Part shown: one piece after another, positions 1-9,141 of the stretch
Numbering within the stretch: position 1 is the stretch's first letter
Layout of the letters: the number at the start of each line of letters is the position of its first letter
NCBI GenBank assembly: GCA_009923495.1
Contig: RFTJ01000002.1
Span: 65,898-129,897 of the forward strand
Reading direction: 5' to 3'
Origin: Actinomycetota bacterium
GTDB lineage: Bacteria > Actinomycetota > Actinomycetes > S36-B12 > UBA5976
DNA: 64,000 bases
The notes under the pieces: generated by a model
What the model saw: only the letters and a program-made list of their open reading frames with translations
Databases searched by the model: none
Told to the model about the DNA's origin: nothing
Program-made: the position numbers and the translations under genes

Positions 1-203
1 TGCATAGATTCGCACCTGCATTAATTGCCGCTTCCTGGGAAACATTGATTTTTCAAGCAGCAGACAATGAGTCGCGCATTCGAGTCAGTTTGCCCGATGC
101 AAGCAGACTAGGGAGCGAAGAAGTTTCAGCAGTCCTTAGCGGCAACTCCAATCTTTACAGCCTGTTAAGTCAACTTGGCCAGCTGACCATGGTTGAGTAT
201 TAG
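1..203 (+). CDS. dop: 3' end of an upstream gene, probably Pup deamidase/depupylase Dop (5'-partial, continues off-window)
   Basis: Frame 3 is open from the window edge to TAG at 201-203 (...AASWETLIFQAADNESRIRVSLPDASRLGSEEVSAVLSGNSNLYSLLSQLGQLTMVEY*). It lies directly upstream of pup, as dop does in actinobacteria. The fragment is too short for a firm family call. Confidence 0.45.
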   Translation, partial: HRFAPALIAASWETLIFQAADNESRIRVSLPDASRLGSEEVSAVLSGNSNLYSLLSQLGQLTMVEY

Positions 204-231
204 GCTTGCATCAAAGCACTAGGAGATTATT

Positions 232-414
232 TTGTCTGAGCAGAGTAGAGGTCAGATTTCGGCATCTGACAAGGGCGAGGCGGACGTGGCCAATGAAATC
301 AAGCCAACGGTTGAGCTACTAAATGTTGATTCACTCTTAGCAAAGATAGACGCGGTTTTAGAGCAGAACTCAGAAGAGTTCGTTAATTCTTTCGTGCAAA
401 AGGGCGGTCAATAG
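232..414 (+). CDS. pup: Prokaryotic ubiquitin-like protein Pup
   Basis: 60 aa with TTG start and AGGAG 6 nt upstream. The C-terminus LLAKIDAVLEQNSEEFVNSFVQKGGQ aligns with Mtb Pup ...LLDEIDDVLEENAEDFVRAYVQKGGQ and ends in GGQ. Confidence 0.95.
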   Translation: MSEQSRGQISASDKGEADVANEIKPTVELLNVDSLLAKIDAVLEQNSEEFVNSFVQKGGQ

Positions 415-416
415 TC

Positions 417-1790
417 TTGACGCAATCGTTGCCAAGAAGAATTTTTGGCATTGAAACCGAGTATGGAATCACCTGCTCGCTTGATGGACATCGCCGGCTT
501 ACTCCTGATGAAATCGCAAGATACCTATTCAAAGATCTTGTCAATCGGTACCGAAGTAACAATGTGTTCTTGCCTAACGGCGGACGACTGTACCTTGATG
601 TCGGCAGTCATCCTGAATATGCAACTGCGGAATGCGACCTCTTGGCTGACGTAGTTGCACAAGAATTGGCCGGTGATTTTTTGATTGCTCAGATGGCTAG
701 GGATGCTGAAGTGTTACTTCGCAATGAAGGAGTCACTGGACGGATTTACATTTTCAAGAACAATACTGACTCGGTTGGCAATTCCTATGGGTGCCACGAG
801 AATTACTTAATTCACCGTAAGCCAGATCAACTTTCTGGACTTGATGGTCTTCTGCCGTTTTTGGTAACGCGGCAAATTTTTCTAGGCGCCGGAAAGTTGT
901 TAAAAACATCAACTGGAACCAAGTACGTCTTGTCGCAGCGAGCGGAGCACCTGTGGGATTCTGTTTCAAGTGCCACTACCAGGTCCAGGCCACTAATAAA
1001 TACCCGTGACGAACCTCATGCAGACTCCGATAGGTACCGACGGCTGCATGTTATTTCCGCGGATAGCAACATGTCACAAACGGCAATGTTGCTAAAGGTC
1101 GCCACAATGGACTTGATTTTGGCTGCTATGGAAGTCGGTGCTATTCCAGTTGACCTTCGGATTGAAAATCCCATGCGCAGCATTCGAGAAATCTCTCGTG
1201 ATTTGACTGGCGGTGCTCTAGTTGGACTTTCCGACGGTCGTCAATTTCGTGCTTACGAAATTCAGCGCTGGTATTTAGATGTTGTTCAAAGCTGCATAGC
1301 GAGATTCGACTGGCAACTTTCGCAGTGGCACAAATACGCGATTAAAGTGTGGAGTCAAATCCTTGAAGCTTTTGAAAACGCAGATCTAACAGCTCTGGAC
1401 AGAATTGTCGATTGGCGGATAAAGCAAGGAATTATTGATGCCTACGCAACTGAACAAAATCTGAGCTTAGATTCGCCGAAACTCGCTCAAATCGATTTCA
1501 TGTATCACGAAATTGGTAGCGGCATCGCCCAGGTGCTAACTGAGCAAAATAGGACAGATTCAATTATTGACCAGTCTTTAGTAGCCAGTGCGGTGAAGTT
1601 ACCTCCACAAAGCACCCGGGCAAAACTGCGCGGGGAATTCATCGCACAAGCCGAAAAATCTAATCTCTCAGTGGCAATTGATTGGATGCACTTAAAAATC
1701 AACCAACCGGTCGAGCAATCCTTGACCCTAAGTGACCCGTTCGCCAACATAGACAGTCGAGTTTCAGAGTTGCTTGAGTTGGCCCTTTAA
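417..1790 (+). CDS. pafA: Pup--protein ligase PafA
   Basis: 457 aa. IFGIETEYG, RLYLDVGSHPEYATAEC, FKNNTDSVGNSYGCHENYL and SSATTRSRPLINTRDEPHAD are collinear with Mtb PafA as I recall it. Size fits PafA rather than Dop. Start lies 2 nt after the pup stop. Confidence 0.93.
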   Translation: MTQSLPRRIFGIETEYGITCSLDGHRRLTPDEIARYLFKDLVNRYRSNNVFLPNGGRLYLDVGSHPEYATAECDLLADVVAQELAGDFLIAQMARDAEVLLRNEGVTGRIYIFKNNTDSVGNSYGCHENYLIHRKPDQLSGLDGLLPFLVTRQIFLGAGKLLKTSTGTKYVLSQRAEHLWDSVSSATTRSRPLINTRDEPHADSDRYRRLHVISADSNMSQTAMLLKVATMDLILAAMEVGAIPVDLRIENPMRSIREISRDLTGGALVGLSDGRQFRAYEIQRWYLDVVQSCIARFDWQLSQWHKYAIKVWSQILEAFENADLTALDRIVDWRIKQGIIDAYATEQNLSLDSPKLAQIDFMYHEIGSGIAQVLTEQNRTDSIIDQSLVASAVKLPPQSTRAKLRGEFIAQAEKSNLSVAIDWMHLKINQPVEQSLTLSDPFANIDSRVSELLELAL

Positions 1791-1824
1791 GCGTGGCAGT
1801 CAGGAAGTGCCCGCATCAACCCAA

Positions 1825-1830
1825 TAGGCT
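1825..1830 (+). promoter_or_regulatory. Candidate -10 hexamer TAGGCT (TANNNT), 6 nt upstream of the FKBP ATG with no SD, suggesting a possible leaderless transcript
   Basis: Read directly: aaTAGGCTgagattATG. Confidence 0.3.
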
Positions 1831-1836
1831 GAGATT

Positions 1837-2322
1837 ATGCGATTCAGATTCTCAGTAATATGCGTAATTACCTTGGGCTTACTTTCTGGCTGTGGACCAG
1901 AGCGCACAACTAAGACCGAATCGGTGACGCAATCAGGTGTTACCGTCTCAGGTTCCATGTCAGAAGCACCCCAGATTTCATTCGGCTCGGATGCTAAGGA
2001 TGTCGCGCAACTCATTGTTAAGGATGTCACCAGTGGTTCGGGCACTGCGGTGGGCCCCAATTCCACTGTGACCGCGCACTATGTCGGATATTCAATGAGC
2101 AACCAAGAAAAGTTTGACTCGTCCTGGGAGCGCGGTGAACCGACTACATTTCCATTAAATGGGGTGATCCAGGGCTGGACCCAAGGTCTTCAAGGAATGA
2201 AAGTAGGAGGCCGTCGGCTGCTAATCATTCCACCCGAATTGGCTTATGGTCCGGCTGGCTCGGGACACCAGTTAGCAGGTCAAACCTTAGTCTTTGTGGT
2301 TGATCTAACGGCAGTGAGTTAG
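1837..2322 (+). CDS. FKBP-type peptidyl-prolyl cis-trans isomerase, predicted lipoprotein
   Basis: N-terminal signal peptide with lipobox (VITLGLLSGC). C-terminal FKBP core GVIQGWTQGLQGMKVGGRRLLIIPPELAYG...LVFVVDL. Confidence 0.9.
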   Translation: MRFRFSVICVITLGLLSGCGPERTTKTESVTQSGVTVSGSMSEAPQISFGSDAKDVAQLIVKDVTSGSGTAVGPNSTVTAHYVGYSMSNQEKFDSSWERGEPTTFPLNGVIQGWTQGLQGMKVGGRRLLIIPPELAYGPAGSGHQLAGQTLVFVVDLTAVS

Positions 2323-2330
2323 GAGGATAC

Positions 2331-2693
2331 ATGACAAACCCTCCGGTTATTGATTTTATTGACGGCGAAGCGCCATCTGAGTTAGTGATCCAGGATCTGA
2401 CTGTAGGTTCGGGTCCCGAAGTAGTTGCTGGCCAAACTGTTGAGGTTCACTACCTGGGTGTCGAATTTGATTCTGGCGAACAGTTCGACTCATCATGGGA
2501 CCGTGATGAGTCCATAGAATTTCCGCTGCGCGGATTAATCCAAGGGTGGCAACTGGGTATTCCGGGCATGAAAGTGGGTGGCCGGCGACAGCTCATCATC
2601 CCACCACACTTGGCCTATGGACCAACTGGAGCAGGTCACCGACTTTCTGGGAAAACTCTAGTTTTTGTAATTGATTTACTAGCAGTGAGGTAG
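2331..2693 (+). CDS. FKBP-type peptidyl-prolyl cis-trans isomerase (cytosolic)
   Basis: 120 aa. FKBP core VEVHYLGVEFDSGEQFDSSW, GLIQGWQLGIPGMKVGGRRQLIIPPHLAYG, LVFVIDL. No signal peptide. Confidence 0.92.
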   Translation: MTNPPVIDFIDGEAPSELVIQDLTVGSGPEVVAGQTVEVHYLGVEFDSGEQFDSSWDRDESIEFPLRGLIQGWQLGIPGMKVGGRRQLIIPPHLAYGPTGAGHRLSGKTLVFVIDLLAVR

Positions 2694-2696
2694 TTC

Positions 2697-3635
2697 GTGG
2701 CGGCGGAAAGTACCATGAGGCAACTCAATCTTTTGCTGGTACTTCTCAATGCCCAAAGACCGCTTTCCAGAGTAGACATTTTTGAGCGAGTCAATGGCTA
2801 CGGAGATCCCGAGGATCCGTCAGCACAGCGAAAATTCGAACGAGATAAAGCAGAGCTACGCAGTTTTATCGTCTTTGAGGAATCGCCTGGCGAAGGAGAT
2901 CTTGCTGACACATATCGAATTGATAAATCCCGTTCCTTTATTCGCGACCTAGACTTGACCAGCGACGAGCGGTTGCTGATAGCTCTAGCCGTCCGAGCAT
3001 GGCGTGATGTTGAACTCGGTCAGTCGGCAGCAGCCGGAGCAACCTTAGCTAGTTACCAGTTTTTGCAGACTCCTCAAATCTTGGCCGCTATTGGCCGAGA
3101 TGAACGACATTTAGCCACGTTAGAGCGAGCGATTGCAGCTGCCAAGACCGTTCAATTTGAATACTTCAGTCGCAATAGTGGCGAAACCAAATTGAGAACC
3201 GTTCAGCCATGGAAATTGGTACTACATCAAACCCATTGGTACCTGCACGGATTCGAAGAGTCACGCGCTAAAGGTTTGCTGTTTCGGCTCAGCAGAATAA
3301 GTGGTGACATCCTGATAACTGCCCAAGCGAATACCGAAATTGCTCCACCTGATTTAGACTCACTAGCGCAACTTGTCGAATTTCAGCGAACCGAGGATTC
3401 AGTACAAACAGCGAAATTGCAGGTACCCAAGGGCAACTGCGCAAATTTACGATTACGGTCGAAAGCAGTTATTGAGTCTGATGATTTCGACATTTTGGAA
3501 ATTGATTATGACGATGCCTACTCACTAGCCACTGAAGTAGCGGTTGTTTGTGATCGGGCTGTAGTGCTTTCACCATTGGATTTGCGCAATAGAGTTTCAG
3601 AAATCTTAAAGTCAGTAATCGCGGTGCATAAGTAA
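2697..3635 (+). CDS. pafB: HTH/WYL-domain transcriptional regulator PafB
   Basis: N-terminal wHTH (RQLNLLLVLLNAQRPLSRVDIFERV) followed by a WYL-type region (HWYLHGF). Sits between pafA and pafC as in Mtb. Confidence 0.85.
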   Translation: MAAESTMRQLNLLLVLLNAQRPLSRVDIFERVNGYGDPEDPSAQRKFERDKAELRSFIVFEESPGEGDLADTYRIDKSRSFIRDLDLTSDERLLIALAVRAWRDVELGQSAAAGATLASYQFLQTPQILAAIGRDERHLATLERAIAAAKTVQFEYFSRNSGETKLRTVQPWKLVLHQTHWYLHGFEESRAKGLLFRLSRISGDILITAQANTEIAPPDLDSLAQLVEFQRTEDSVQTAKLQVPKGNCANLRLRSKAVIESDDFDILEIDYDDAYSLATEVAVVCDRAVVLSPLDLRNRVSEILKSVIAVHK

Positions 3636-4558
3636 TGGCAATCAAATTTGAGGTGGCCGTGCGCATGCTCGCTTTTCTGCGGGCAAACAGCCCAGTTGAG
3701 TTAGAGCATGTCGCCAAGATTTTCAATTTGAAAAGCTCCGAGGTTCGTAAATATTGCCTGCTACTGAATGAGGCAAGAATCGGTGAATACTACGGTGAGT
3801 TCGTCGAAGTCGAAATTCAAGACGATGAGGATGGAATTTGGATTGAAACTCGAGAGTCTCAGGGTTTAACGGAACAGATTCGCTTCACCGTCCAAGAGTC
3901 GATTGCAATACTTGGTGGGCTCAAGTATCTCCAAGCTATGCCACATCTAGTTGACCGAGAGATTGTCTCTGCTCTACTCGCTAAATTGCAGACTGCATTT
4001 GATGCACCAGAGGACATTATTCAGATCGGTACAGCTGAGATAGACATGCAAATCGTCGACTCACTCAAGTCAGCGATAGCCGAGGGTCGATGTGTTGAAA
4101 TCACATATGGAGCGGGAATTGATCAGAAGGTTACCGAGCGCACAATTGAGCCAATCCTGCTGTTTGCTGACGAAACTGTACTTTATGTCCGCGCTTACTG
4201 TCGACTAGCACAAGATTGGCGAACTTTCCGCGTAGACCGAATTCTGAGCGCGAGATATTCCACAGAAGCTACCAGTAAAACCGAGGAACAAGGACCACGG
4301 TTCGAAATTTCTGCGCCGACATTAACCGCGCAATTGCGAATGCTCCCCGAGATGCTTGAGAGTTTTGCGCCGGAGACTGTAACGAATGTCAGCCCAGATC
4401 AAGATCGTCTAATCGTGCAAGTGCAGGTTAATTCAAGCGCTTGGCTTGCCAGCTTGGTCTTGGCTAGCGGTGGCGACATTGAAGTTCTGGGTCCCGATGA
4501 GCTACGGATTGACATAATCGGCAAAGCGGAAAAGTGGTTTGCTCACAACGGCGATTAG
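3635..4558 (+). CDS. pafC: HTH/WYL-domain transcriptional regulator PafC
   Basis: Paralogous architecture to the upstream ORF (VLYVRAYC...WRTFRVDRI). Its start overlaps the pafB stop. Position is upstream of tatA/tatC. Confidence 0.85.
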   Translation: MAIKFEVAVRMLAFLRANSPVELEHVAKIFNLKSSEVRKYCLLLNEARIGEYYGEFVEVEIQDDEDGIWIETRESQGLTEQIRFTVQESIAILGGLKYLQAMPHLVDREIVSALLAKLQTAFDAPEDIIQIGTAEIDMQIVDSLKSAIAEGRCVEITYGAGIDQKVTERTIEPILLFADETVLYVRAYCRLAQDWRTFRVDRILSARYSTEATSKTEEQGPRFEISAPTLTAQLRMLPEMLESFAPETVTNVSPDQDRLIVQVQVNSSAWLASLVLASGGDIEVLGPDELRIDIIGKAEKWFAHNGD

Positions 4559-4561
4559 AAT
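4556..4561 (+). promoter_or_regulatory. Candidate -10 hexamer TAGAAT for tatA, overlapping the pafC stop codon
   Basis: gcgatTAGAATagaacc, followed 27 nt later by aGGGGcatcATG. Confidence 0.35.
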
Positions 4562-4588
4562 AGAACCAGACACGAAACTAGGGGCATC

Positions 4589-4762
4589 ATGGCAGATTTA
4601 TTTGGCAAAGGTGGGTTAATTCTCATCCTTATCGCAATCGTGATTTTTGGATCTAAGAAGTTGCCAGATGCGGCGCGAAATCTTGGTAAGTCAATCAGAA
4701 TTTTTAAGAACGAATTGGATTCTGGCGATAAGGATCGTCCTTCAACTTCTGACGAGCAGTAA
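4589..4762 (+). CDS. tatA: Sec-independent translocase subunit TatA (57 aa, below the ORF-track size cutoff)
   Basis: Hand translation gives [57 protein letters not shown]. It has the typical TatA TM helix, the FG-x-KKLP hinge and an amphipathic helix. GGGG SD upstream. Lies directly upstream of tatC. Confidence 0.9.
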   Translation: MADLFGKGGLILILIAIVIFGSKKLPDAARNLGKSIRIFKNELDSGDKDRPSTSDEQ

Positions 4763-4770
4763 GTCCCAAA

Positions 4771-5529
4771 GTGGCAAATACTGTTGATTTGGCAAAAATG
4801 ACTCTGAGTGAACACCTAGATGAGTTGCGATCTCGACTGGTAAAAAGCATTTCCGCAATTCTGCTTGGCACGCTGTTTGCTTGGTCAAGATACGAGGATA
4901 TTTTTGCAGTTCTTCGTGAGCCTTTTGATCGGATTCATAAAGATCACCCAGAAACTATTCTTGCCCTAACAGGGGTTACTAGCGGTCTAGTGATGCAGTT
5001 AAATGTCGCCCTTGTCGCCGGAGTGCTGTCATCAAGTCCAATTTGGATTTTTCAAATTTGGCGTTTTGTTGCACCTGGCCTACACAAAAACGAAAAGAAG
5101 TGGTCGTTATTTTTCACCGCAGTAGCTCTACCCATGTTCCTGGCGGGATGTTGGCTAGGTTATTTTGCCTTACCAGGCACATTATCTGCCTTATTTAGTT
5201 TTACTCCAGCGGCAGTGACCAATGTAACAAACGTCGAGAACTACATCTCGTTCTCACTACACCTGACACTATTTTTCGGACTCGGATTCCTACTCCCACT
5301 GCTGATGGTTGTATTAAATTTCTTCCATATTGTTTCAGGAAAAACCTTTTTGTCTGGGTGGCGCTGGATCGTGCTTGGTGCATTCTTTTTTGGGGCGATT
5401 GCAACGCCAAATGGTGACCCACTTGGGATGGCCATCTTGGCACTACCCGTTGGAGTTCTATGTTTCGGGGCCACAGGTATTGCAATTCTGGTAGATCGCC
5501 GCAGGGCAACTAGCGGTAAAGATGACTAG
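4771..5529 (+). CDS. tatC: Sec-independent translocase subunit TatC
   Basis: Six-TM protein with N-terminal MTLSEHLDELRSRL signature. GTG at 4771 or ATG at 4798 are both possible starts. Confidence 0.92.
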   Translation: MANTVDLAKMTLSEHLDELRSRLVKSISAILLGTLFAWSRYEDIFAVLREPFDRIHKDHPETILALTGVTSGLVMQLNVALVAGVLSSSPIWIFQIWRFVAPGLHKNEKKWSLFFTAVALPMFLAGCWLGYFALPGTLSALFSFTPAAVTNVTNVENYISFSLHLTLFFGLGFLLPLLMVVLNFFHIVSGKTFLSGWRWIVLGAFFFGAIATPNGDPLGMAILALPVGVLCFGATGIAILVDRRRATSGKDD

Positions 5530-8209
5530 TTCGCCAGCCGATAGATATGCGGCTGCAAAGGCAAGAACAAGCCTACAAAGGAGTCTGCTAGGCGGCTTTG
5601 TGGACTCGTTAAGTTTTCAGCTCGACGACTTCCAGCAAGCGGGATGTTTAGCCATCCAGGCTGGTAATGGAGTTTTAATCGCTGCTCCAACTAGTGCGGG
5701 CAAAACCGTGGTCGGACAGTTTGCTGCCTATCTGGCCTTGGCAAACCAATCTAGATGTTTCTACACAACACCGATTAAGGCGCTGTCTAATCAGAAATTC
5801 AGCGAGTTTGTGGAAATTTTTGGATCCGAACAGGTGGGTCTGCTAACTGGTGATAATTCGATTAATGGCGATGCCCAGATTGTTGTTATGACCACCGAAG
5901 TTTTGCGCAACATGCTTTATGAGAATCAACGCGATTTGAAGTCCCTATCACATGTCGTGATGGATGAAGTCCATTATCTAGCTGATCGATCAAGGGGAGC
6001 CGTTTGGGAAGAAGTTATCATCCATCTACCAGCGCATGTTCGAGTTGTAGCACTTTCCGCAACCGTTAGTAATGCAGAGGAGTTCGGTGAATGGCTCAAT
6101 ACAGTTCGCGGCAATACCGAAGTGGTGGTTGAGGAAACGCGTCCGACTCCGCTACACCAATCGGTGATGGTTGGTGGGACTCTTTATGAGTTGTTCAGCG
6201 ACTCTCAAGGTACCCGAGTGAATCCGGAGCTGATGAGATATGCCAGAAATGAACGAACGGTACCTCGTAATCGCGGCAACCGATTTTCTAGTCGATACAC
6301 CCCGTCGCGGGTTACCGTAATCGAAAAACTCGCGCAAGAAGATTTACTGCCCGGTATCACTTTCATTTTCTCTCGCGCTGCATGCGACGAAGCGGTTAAT
6401 CAATGCCTGGCTTCTGGCCTGTCGCTGACAACCAGAGAGGAGCAGCTTGAAATCCGAGCGATCGTTGATAAGCGCTTTGAAAAATTTTCTGTTGATGAGC
6501 TGCGAACCTTAAATTACCGAACATGGGTAGAGGGGTTAGAGCGTGGTTTAGCAGCGCACCATGCCGGCCTGCTGCCCATCTCTAAAGAGGTGGTAGAGGA
6601 ACTCTTTCAGCGGGGCCTAATTAAGGCGGTATTTGCTACCGAAACACTGGCACTGGGCATCAATATGCCGGCTAGAAGTGTCGTGCTGGAGAAGTTGATT
6701 AAATGGAATGGCAATAGCCACACACCGATTACTGCTGGCGAGTACACCCAGTTAACTGGTCGAGCGGGTCGGCGAGGAATTGATTTTGAAGGCCATGCGA
6801 TTACTATTTGGCACAGCGAGCTGGACCCTCAGTCATTAGCTGGATTAGCAAGCACCAGAACTTATCCGCTCAAATCTAGTTTCCGGCCGTCCTACAATAT
6901 GGCGGTAAATCTTATTGGCAAATACGGTACCGTGAAGGCCCGAGAACTACTTGAGTCCTCATTTGCTCAATTTCAGGCAGATCGAGCGGTGGTGGGAATC
7001 GCAACAGAGTTACGAAGAACTCAGCAGGCAAGCGCAGAATATTTGGATTCAGCCGAGTGTCATTTAGGTGACATGCGGGATTACATGCAATTGCGCTCAA
7101 AACTCTCTGATCTTGAAAAAGGTACAAAGCGGGATGAGGTAAGGCAGCGCCGCTTTGTAAATACAAACTTTTTAAATGACTTGAAGCGCGGGGATGTGTT
7201 CGTTTTGCGGGTAGGACGCCGAGATGGCGTTCCTCATGTAGTGCTAAATGAGGCCCAGGATGCGCAAGATCCTCGACCAAGAGTTATGTCACTAAATAAG
7301 CAAGTAAAACGCATCGGTATTTTTGACTTCGACGAACTACCGCAATTAATTGGGGTAATCAGGATTCCGCCAAGTTTTGATTCACGTTCCGTTAAAAGCA
7401 GAAATTGGTTGTCGGAACAATTAATTCGGCAAGCTAAACACAGCAAACCAGAGCACCAGTGGAAACAGTCGACTGTCCAGACTAGCGTCGAGATTGATCG
7501 TCTTCGTAAGGCAATTCGAAGTCATCCATGCCATGGGTGCACGGATCGCGAAGAACATGTCCGCTGGTACGAAAGAAATAGAGAAACGCAAAAATCCATT
7601 CGCAAATTGGAAGAGCGGGTAGCCGCTCGGACAAGTTCCATCGCTCGAGAGTTTGACCAGGTTTGCTCTGTTTTGACCGAACTAGGCTACCTATTGGAAA
7701 TAACAGATGGACACGAAATTACTGAACGCGGCCAGGTGTTGCGCGGAATTTACTCAGATCGAGACTTGCTGGTCGCCGAGTGCATCGAACAGCAGGCTTG
7801 GTCTGGACTGACAGTCGAAACATTAGCCAGTGCAGTAAGTGCCTTGGTTTTTGATGCCAGACGAGATGAAGAGAACCCGATTACTATTCCCGAAGGACAA
7901 CTTGGCGACGTTCTCATAGGAATGCAGCAACTTTGGGGCGAGCTGAAAGACGTTGAATCGCAGAATCGGATTGACTATCTCGCTGAGTTAGATTTTGGCT
8001 TTATCTGGCCAACTTTGAAGTGGGCTCGCGGACAAGACATAGCCAGAGTTCTCAGAAATCAGTCATTGGCGCCAGGGGATTTCGTTAGGTGGACCAAGCA
8101 AGTCATCGACCTGTTAAAGCAGATTGCCGTAACGAGTACTGATCGAGAGCTAAGCGAGCTAGCTCGCAATAGCGCAAGAAATTTAGAGCGGGGAATAGTC
8201 ACGTGGTGA
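5522..8209 (+). CDS. helY: Ski2-like DEAD/DEAH-box RNA helicase HelY
   Basis: 895 aa. Walker A APTSAGKT, DEVH box, SAT motif, and HAGLLP/ATETLALGINMPA helicase C motifs. Position after tatC matches Mtb helY. Confidence 0.9.
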   Translation: MTSSPADRYAAAKARTSLQRSLLGGFVDSLSFQLDDFQQAGCLAIQAGNGVLIAAPTSAGKTVVGQFAAYLALANQSRCFYTTPIKALSNQKFSEFVEIFGSEQVGLLTGDNSINGDAQIVVMTTEVLRNMLYENQRDLKSLSHVVMDEVHYLADRSRGAVWEEVIIHLPAHVRVVALSATVSNAEEFGEWLNTVRGNTEVVVEETRPTPLHQSVMVGGTLYELFSDSQGTRVNPELMRYARNERTVPRNRGNRFSSRYTPSRVTVIEKLAQEDLLPGITFIFSRAACDEAVNQCLASGLSLTTREEQLEIRAIVDKRFEKFSVDELRTLNYRTWVEGLERGLAAHHAGLLPISKEVVEELFQRGLIKAVFATETLALGINMPARSVVLEKLIKWNGNSHTPITAGEYTQLTGRAGRRGIDFEGHAITIWHSELDPQSLAGLASTRTYPLKSSFRPSYNMAVNLIGKYGTVKARELLESSFAQFQADRAVVGIATELRRTQQASAEYLDSAECHLGDMRDYMQLRSKLSDLEKGTKRDEVRQRRFVNTNFLNDLKRGDVFVLRVGRRDGVPHVVLNEAQDAQDPRPRVMSLNKQVKRIGIFDFDELPQLIGVIRIPPSFDSRSVKSRNWLSEQLIRQAKHSKPEHQWKQSTVQTSVEIDRLRKAIRSHPCHGCTDREEHVRWYERNRETQKSIRKLEERVAARTSSIAREFDQVCSVLTELGYLLEITDGHEITERGQVLRGIYSDRDLLVAECIEQQAWSGLTVETLASAVSALVFDARRDEENPITIPEGQLGDVLIGMQQLWGELKDVESQNRIDYLAELDFGFIWPTLKWARGQDIARVLRNQSLAPGDFVRWTKQVIDLLKQIAVTSTDRELSELARNSARNLERGIVTW

Positions 8210-9141
8210 AAGGTCTCTATTTCGATAGTGCAACGCTTTACTATCGCGCGTTCTTTGCCGTACCAGACTCTGTGCGAGCACCGGATGGAACACCGTCAGG
8301 TGCTGTCCGTGGCTTTCTAGAAATGACAAGCACTTTGATTTCTCAGTTTCCAGCAGATCATGTGGTCTTTGCCTGGGATTTAGATTGGCGACCACAGTGG
8401 CGAGTTGATTTGATACCCAGTTACAAGACACATCGCCTTGAACCTGACGCTCGGTTAGGTGAGGGCGAAGAAGATGTTCCCGATCAGTTGTCTGCTCAGA
8501 TCGATGCCATCGCCGCAATTCTTGACGCTGTGGGCGTGCCACGACTCGGAGAAGATGGATTTGAGGCTGACGACATACTCGGCTCACTAGTTGCGCAGCA
8601 TAAACATGAGGCCGACATTGTGACAGGAGATCGTGATCTATTTCAATTGGTGAATGATGAATCAAAGCATCGCGTGATTTCCATCACCAAAGGTATTCGA
8701 AACCTGGTCTTTGTGGACGATTCGTATCTTTTGCAAACCTACGGTGTTACAGGAAGTCAATACTCGGCTTTTGCCGCATTGCGAGGGGACTCTTCTGATG
8801 GACTGCCGGGGGTACGAGGGATAGGCGAAAAGGGCGCAGCAGCTCTAATAGCTGCGCACGACTCGATCCCTGGATTGATGGCAGCGGTCAATGAAGTCTC
8901 TAGTGGCATCAGTAAAAGTCATCGGACAAAACTCTTGACGCAGATTGACGAATTGCCCAATATGTTGAAGGTCGTTCAAGTTCGTACTGACGCAAGGGTA
9001 ACGCGCAAACTTGTGCCCGTTAGCAGAATTAAGGACAGCAGCTCCCTTGCCGAGTTGGCTAGGGACTGGGGCGTTTCTCGGCAAGTAAATGCCTTTTTGG
9101 TCGCACTTAATCTGCCGAAATTGGATAGCGTTGACTCATGA
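8203..9141 (+). CDS. 5'-3' exonuclease (FEN / Pol I 5'-nuclease-like)
   Basis: N-terminal LYFDSATLYYRAFFA, DLIPSYKTHR, and H3TH region GDSSDGLPGVRGIGEKGAAAL. Confidence 0.88.
   Translation: MVKGLYFDSATLYYRAFFAVPDSVRAPDGTPSGAVRGFLEMTSTLISQFPADHVVFAWDLDWRPQWRVDLIPSYKTHRLEPDARLGEGEEDVPDQLSAQIDAIAAILDAVGVPRLGEDGFEADDILGSLVAQHKHEADIVTGDRDLFQLVNDESKHRVISITKGIRNLVFVDDSYLLQTYGVTGSQYSAFAALRGDSSDGLPGVRGIGEKGAAALIAAHDSIPGLMAAVNEVSSGISKSHRTKLLTQIDELPNMLKVVQVRTDARVTRKLVPVSRIKDSSSLAELARDWGVSRQVNAFLVALNLPKLDSVDS

Noticed and set aside
4555-4815. 86-aa minus-strand ORF spanning the pafC-tatC gap
   Set aside because: It is antisense to a textbook tatA ORF with an SD. Its product has no recognisable features.
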